From Lingula anatina (taxonomy: Eukaryota; Animalia; Brachiopoda): 64,000 nucleotides of DNA. The stretch is from the NCBI GenBank assembly GCA_051362555.1, contig CM120640.1, positions 70,534,788 to 70,598,787 of the forward strand, written 5' to 3'. Below the pieces are notes generated by a model, which saw only the letters and a program-made list of their open reading frames with translations, searched no databases and was not told where the DNA came from. The translations under genes and the position numbers were made by a program. Position 1 is the first letter of the stretch, and every line of letters starts with the position of its first letter. Below, piece by piece: positions 63,010 to 64,000 of the stretch.

Positions 63010-64000
63010 GTAGGACGGAGTCAATCTTTTCCTGTGCCTGTAAATTCTGAAACCAGCAAGTTTACTGCTCTGAGCTCTTCAGCCACATTGATTTTTTCCC
63101 TGCTTCTGTAAATGTCAATGCAGATCGTTTAACTTTGAAAGAAATGAGTTTGATCTTTTCTAGAATAAGTCATCTTCCAGCCAATATAGAATGTGAAATA
63201 GATAGTGAATGAGAAACAAACATATTGGTTAAAAGCTTTCCTTACGCTGGAAAAAGGCTCTCTTTAAGTGTCAGTATGGCTGAAGAGATTTGAGTAGTTT
63301 ACAAGTACAGGTTTGTGACCAGACATGTTAAAACACTGCGTATTTGATAACAGGGCACACACTTGACCCATTGTTAAACATTAAAGATAAAGATGCAAAA
63401 ATCCTCGCAGTGTGACAGTCCCTGTGAAAGAAGTAGCAGAAGAAGGGGGTGATATTGAACCACCAATGTTTACAGGGAAAATCCTCCCATAGGGGTCTTG
63501 GGGGTGGTTTTGAGTTAAATGGGACCTTTTCCATGTCTTGCATCTTCTGGATACCAGGGGTCACCTAAGCTGTATTTCTATTTCATATACAAATGGCATT
63601 CGTTTTGTATTTCAATCAAAACAAGTTGTAGCAGGCTAGATGATTAATCAGTTGTGATGGAAATATTTGTTTGTTTTACAACCTAATTGATAGGGCCTGG
63701 ATAGGACAGATATTCTGCCAGTTGATTATTGCTTATTATTGCGAACAGACCATGTTAATTTAGTGGCCTACATTTTAAGCCATTATTGAAGCAGGTCAAC
63801 TAGAATACTGGAAGTAAATGGCAAGTCACTGATCTATGATCAAGTCAACTTTCATCAGTTTGATTTGATTGATGTACAACATTGTCATCTGCTCTTCATA
63901 TACAATCACTGCAGTTAAACTCATATTTGTGTATAAAAGTGCATTATCAAAGGGTGTTTATCAGTTTATATTTGCCCTACATTTTTATTTGTTTGAGCTT

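Overview
AT-rich eukaryotic (invertebrate animal, probably lophotrochozoan/mollusc-like judging by the Myc sequence) genomic DNA with spliced genes, which I assembled by hand from GT-AG boundaries and reading-frame phase. Left to right: the 5' part of TRIT1 (tRNA dimethylallyltransferase, minus strand; exons 1-3 visible, intron 2 is U12-type, and intron 3 appears to run >16 kb off the left edge and holds an intact intron-containing hAT transposon plus a non-autonomous neighbour); a complete myc gene (minus, 415 aa); a complete CYRI/FAM49 gene (minus, 10 coding exons, 326 aa); a divergently transcribed gene with a RAD51AP2-type C-terminal RAD51-binding motif and a His/Cys/Asp tandem repeat (plus, ~837 aa); and the 5' part of a probable RING-type E3 ligase (plus, runs off the right edge). 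Main points of interest: (1) TRIT1-myc-CYRI-RAD51AP2 are the genes that neighbour the three separate vertebrate MYC paralogues, so this looks like the intact pre-duplication block, and it includes an apparent invertebrate orthologue of a gene described as vertebrate-specific; (2) a 58-bp x12 tandem array that multiplies an exon end and its splice donor into AG-[27 nt in-frame]-GT cassettes; (3) several other local duplications that span splice sites; (4) MITEs and long palindromes with unusual TSD lengths. No rRNA, tRNA or CRISPR was supportable. Orthology calls rest on motif recognition from memory, not database searches.
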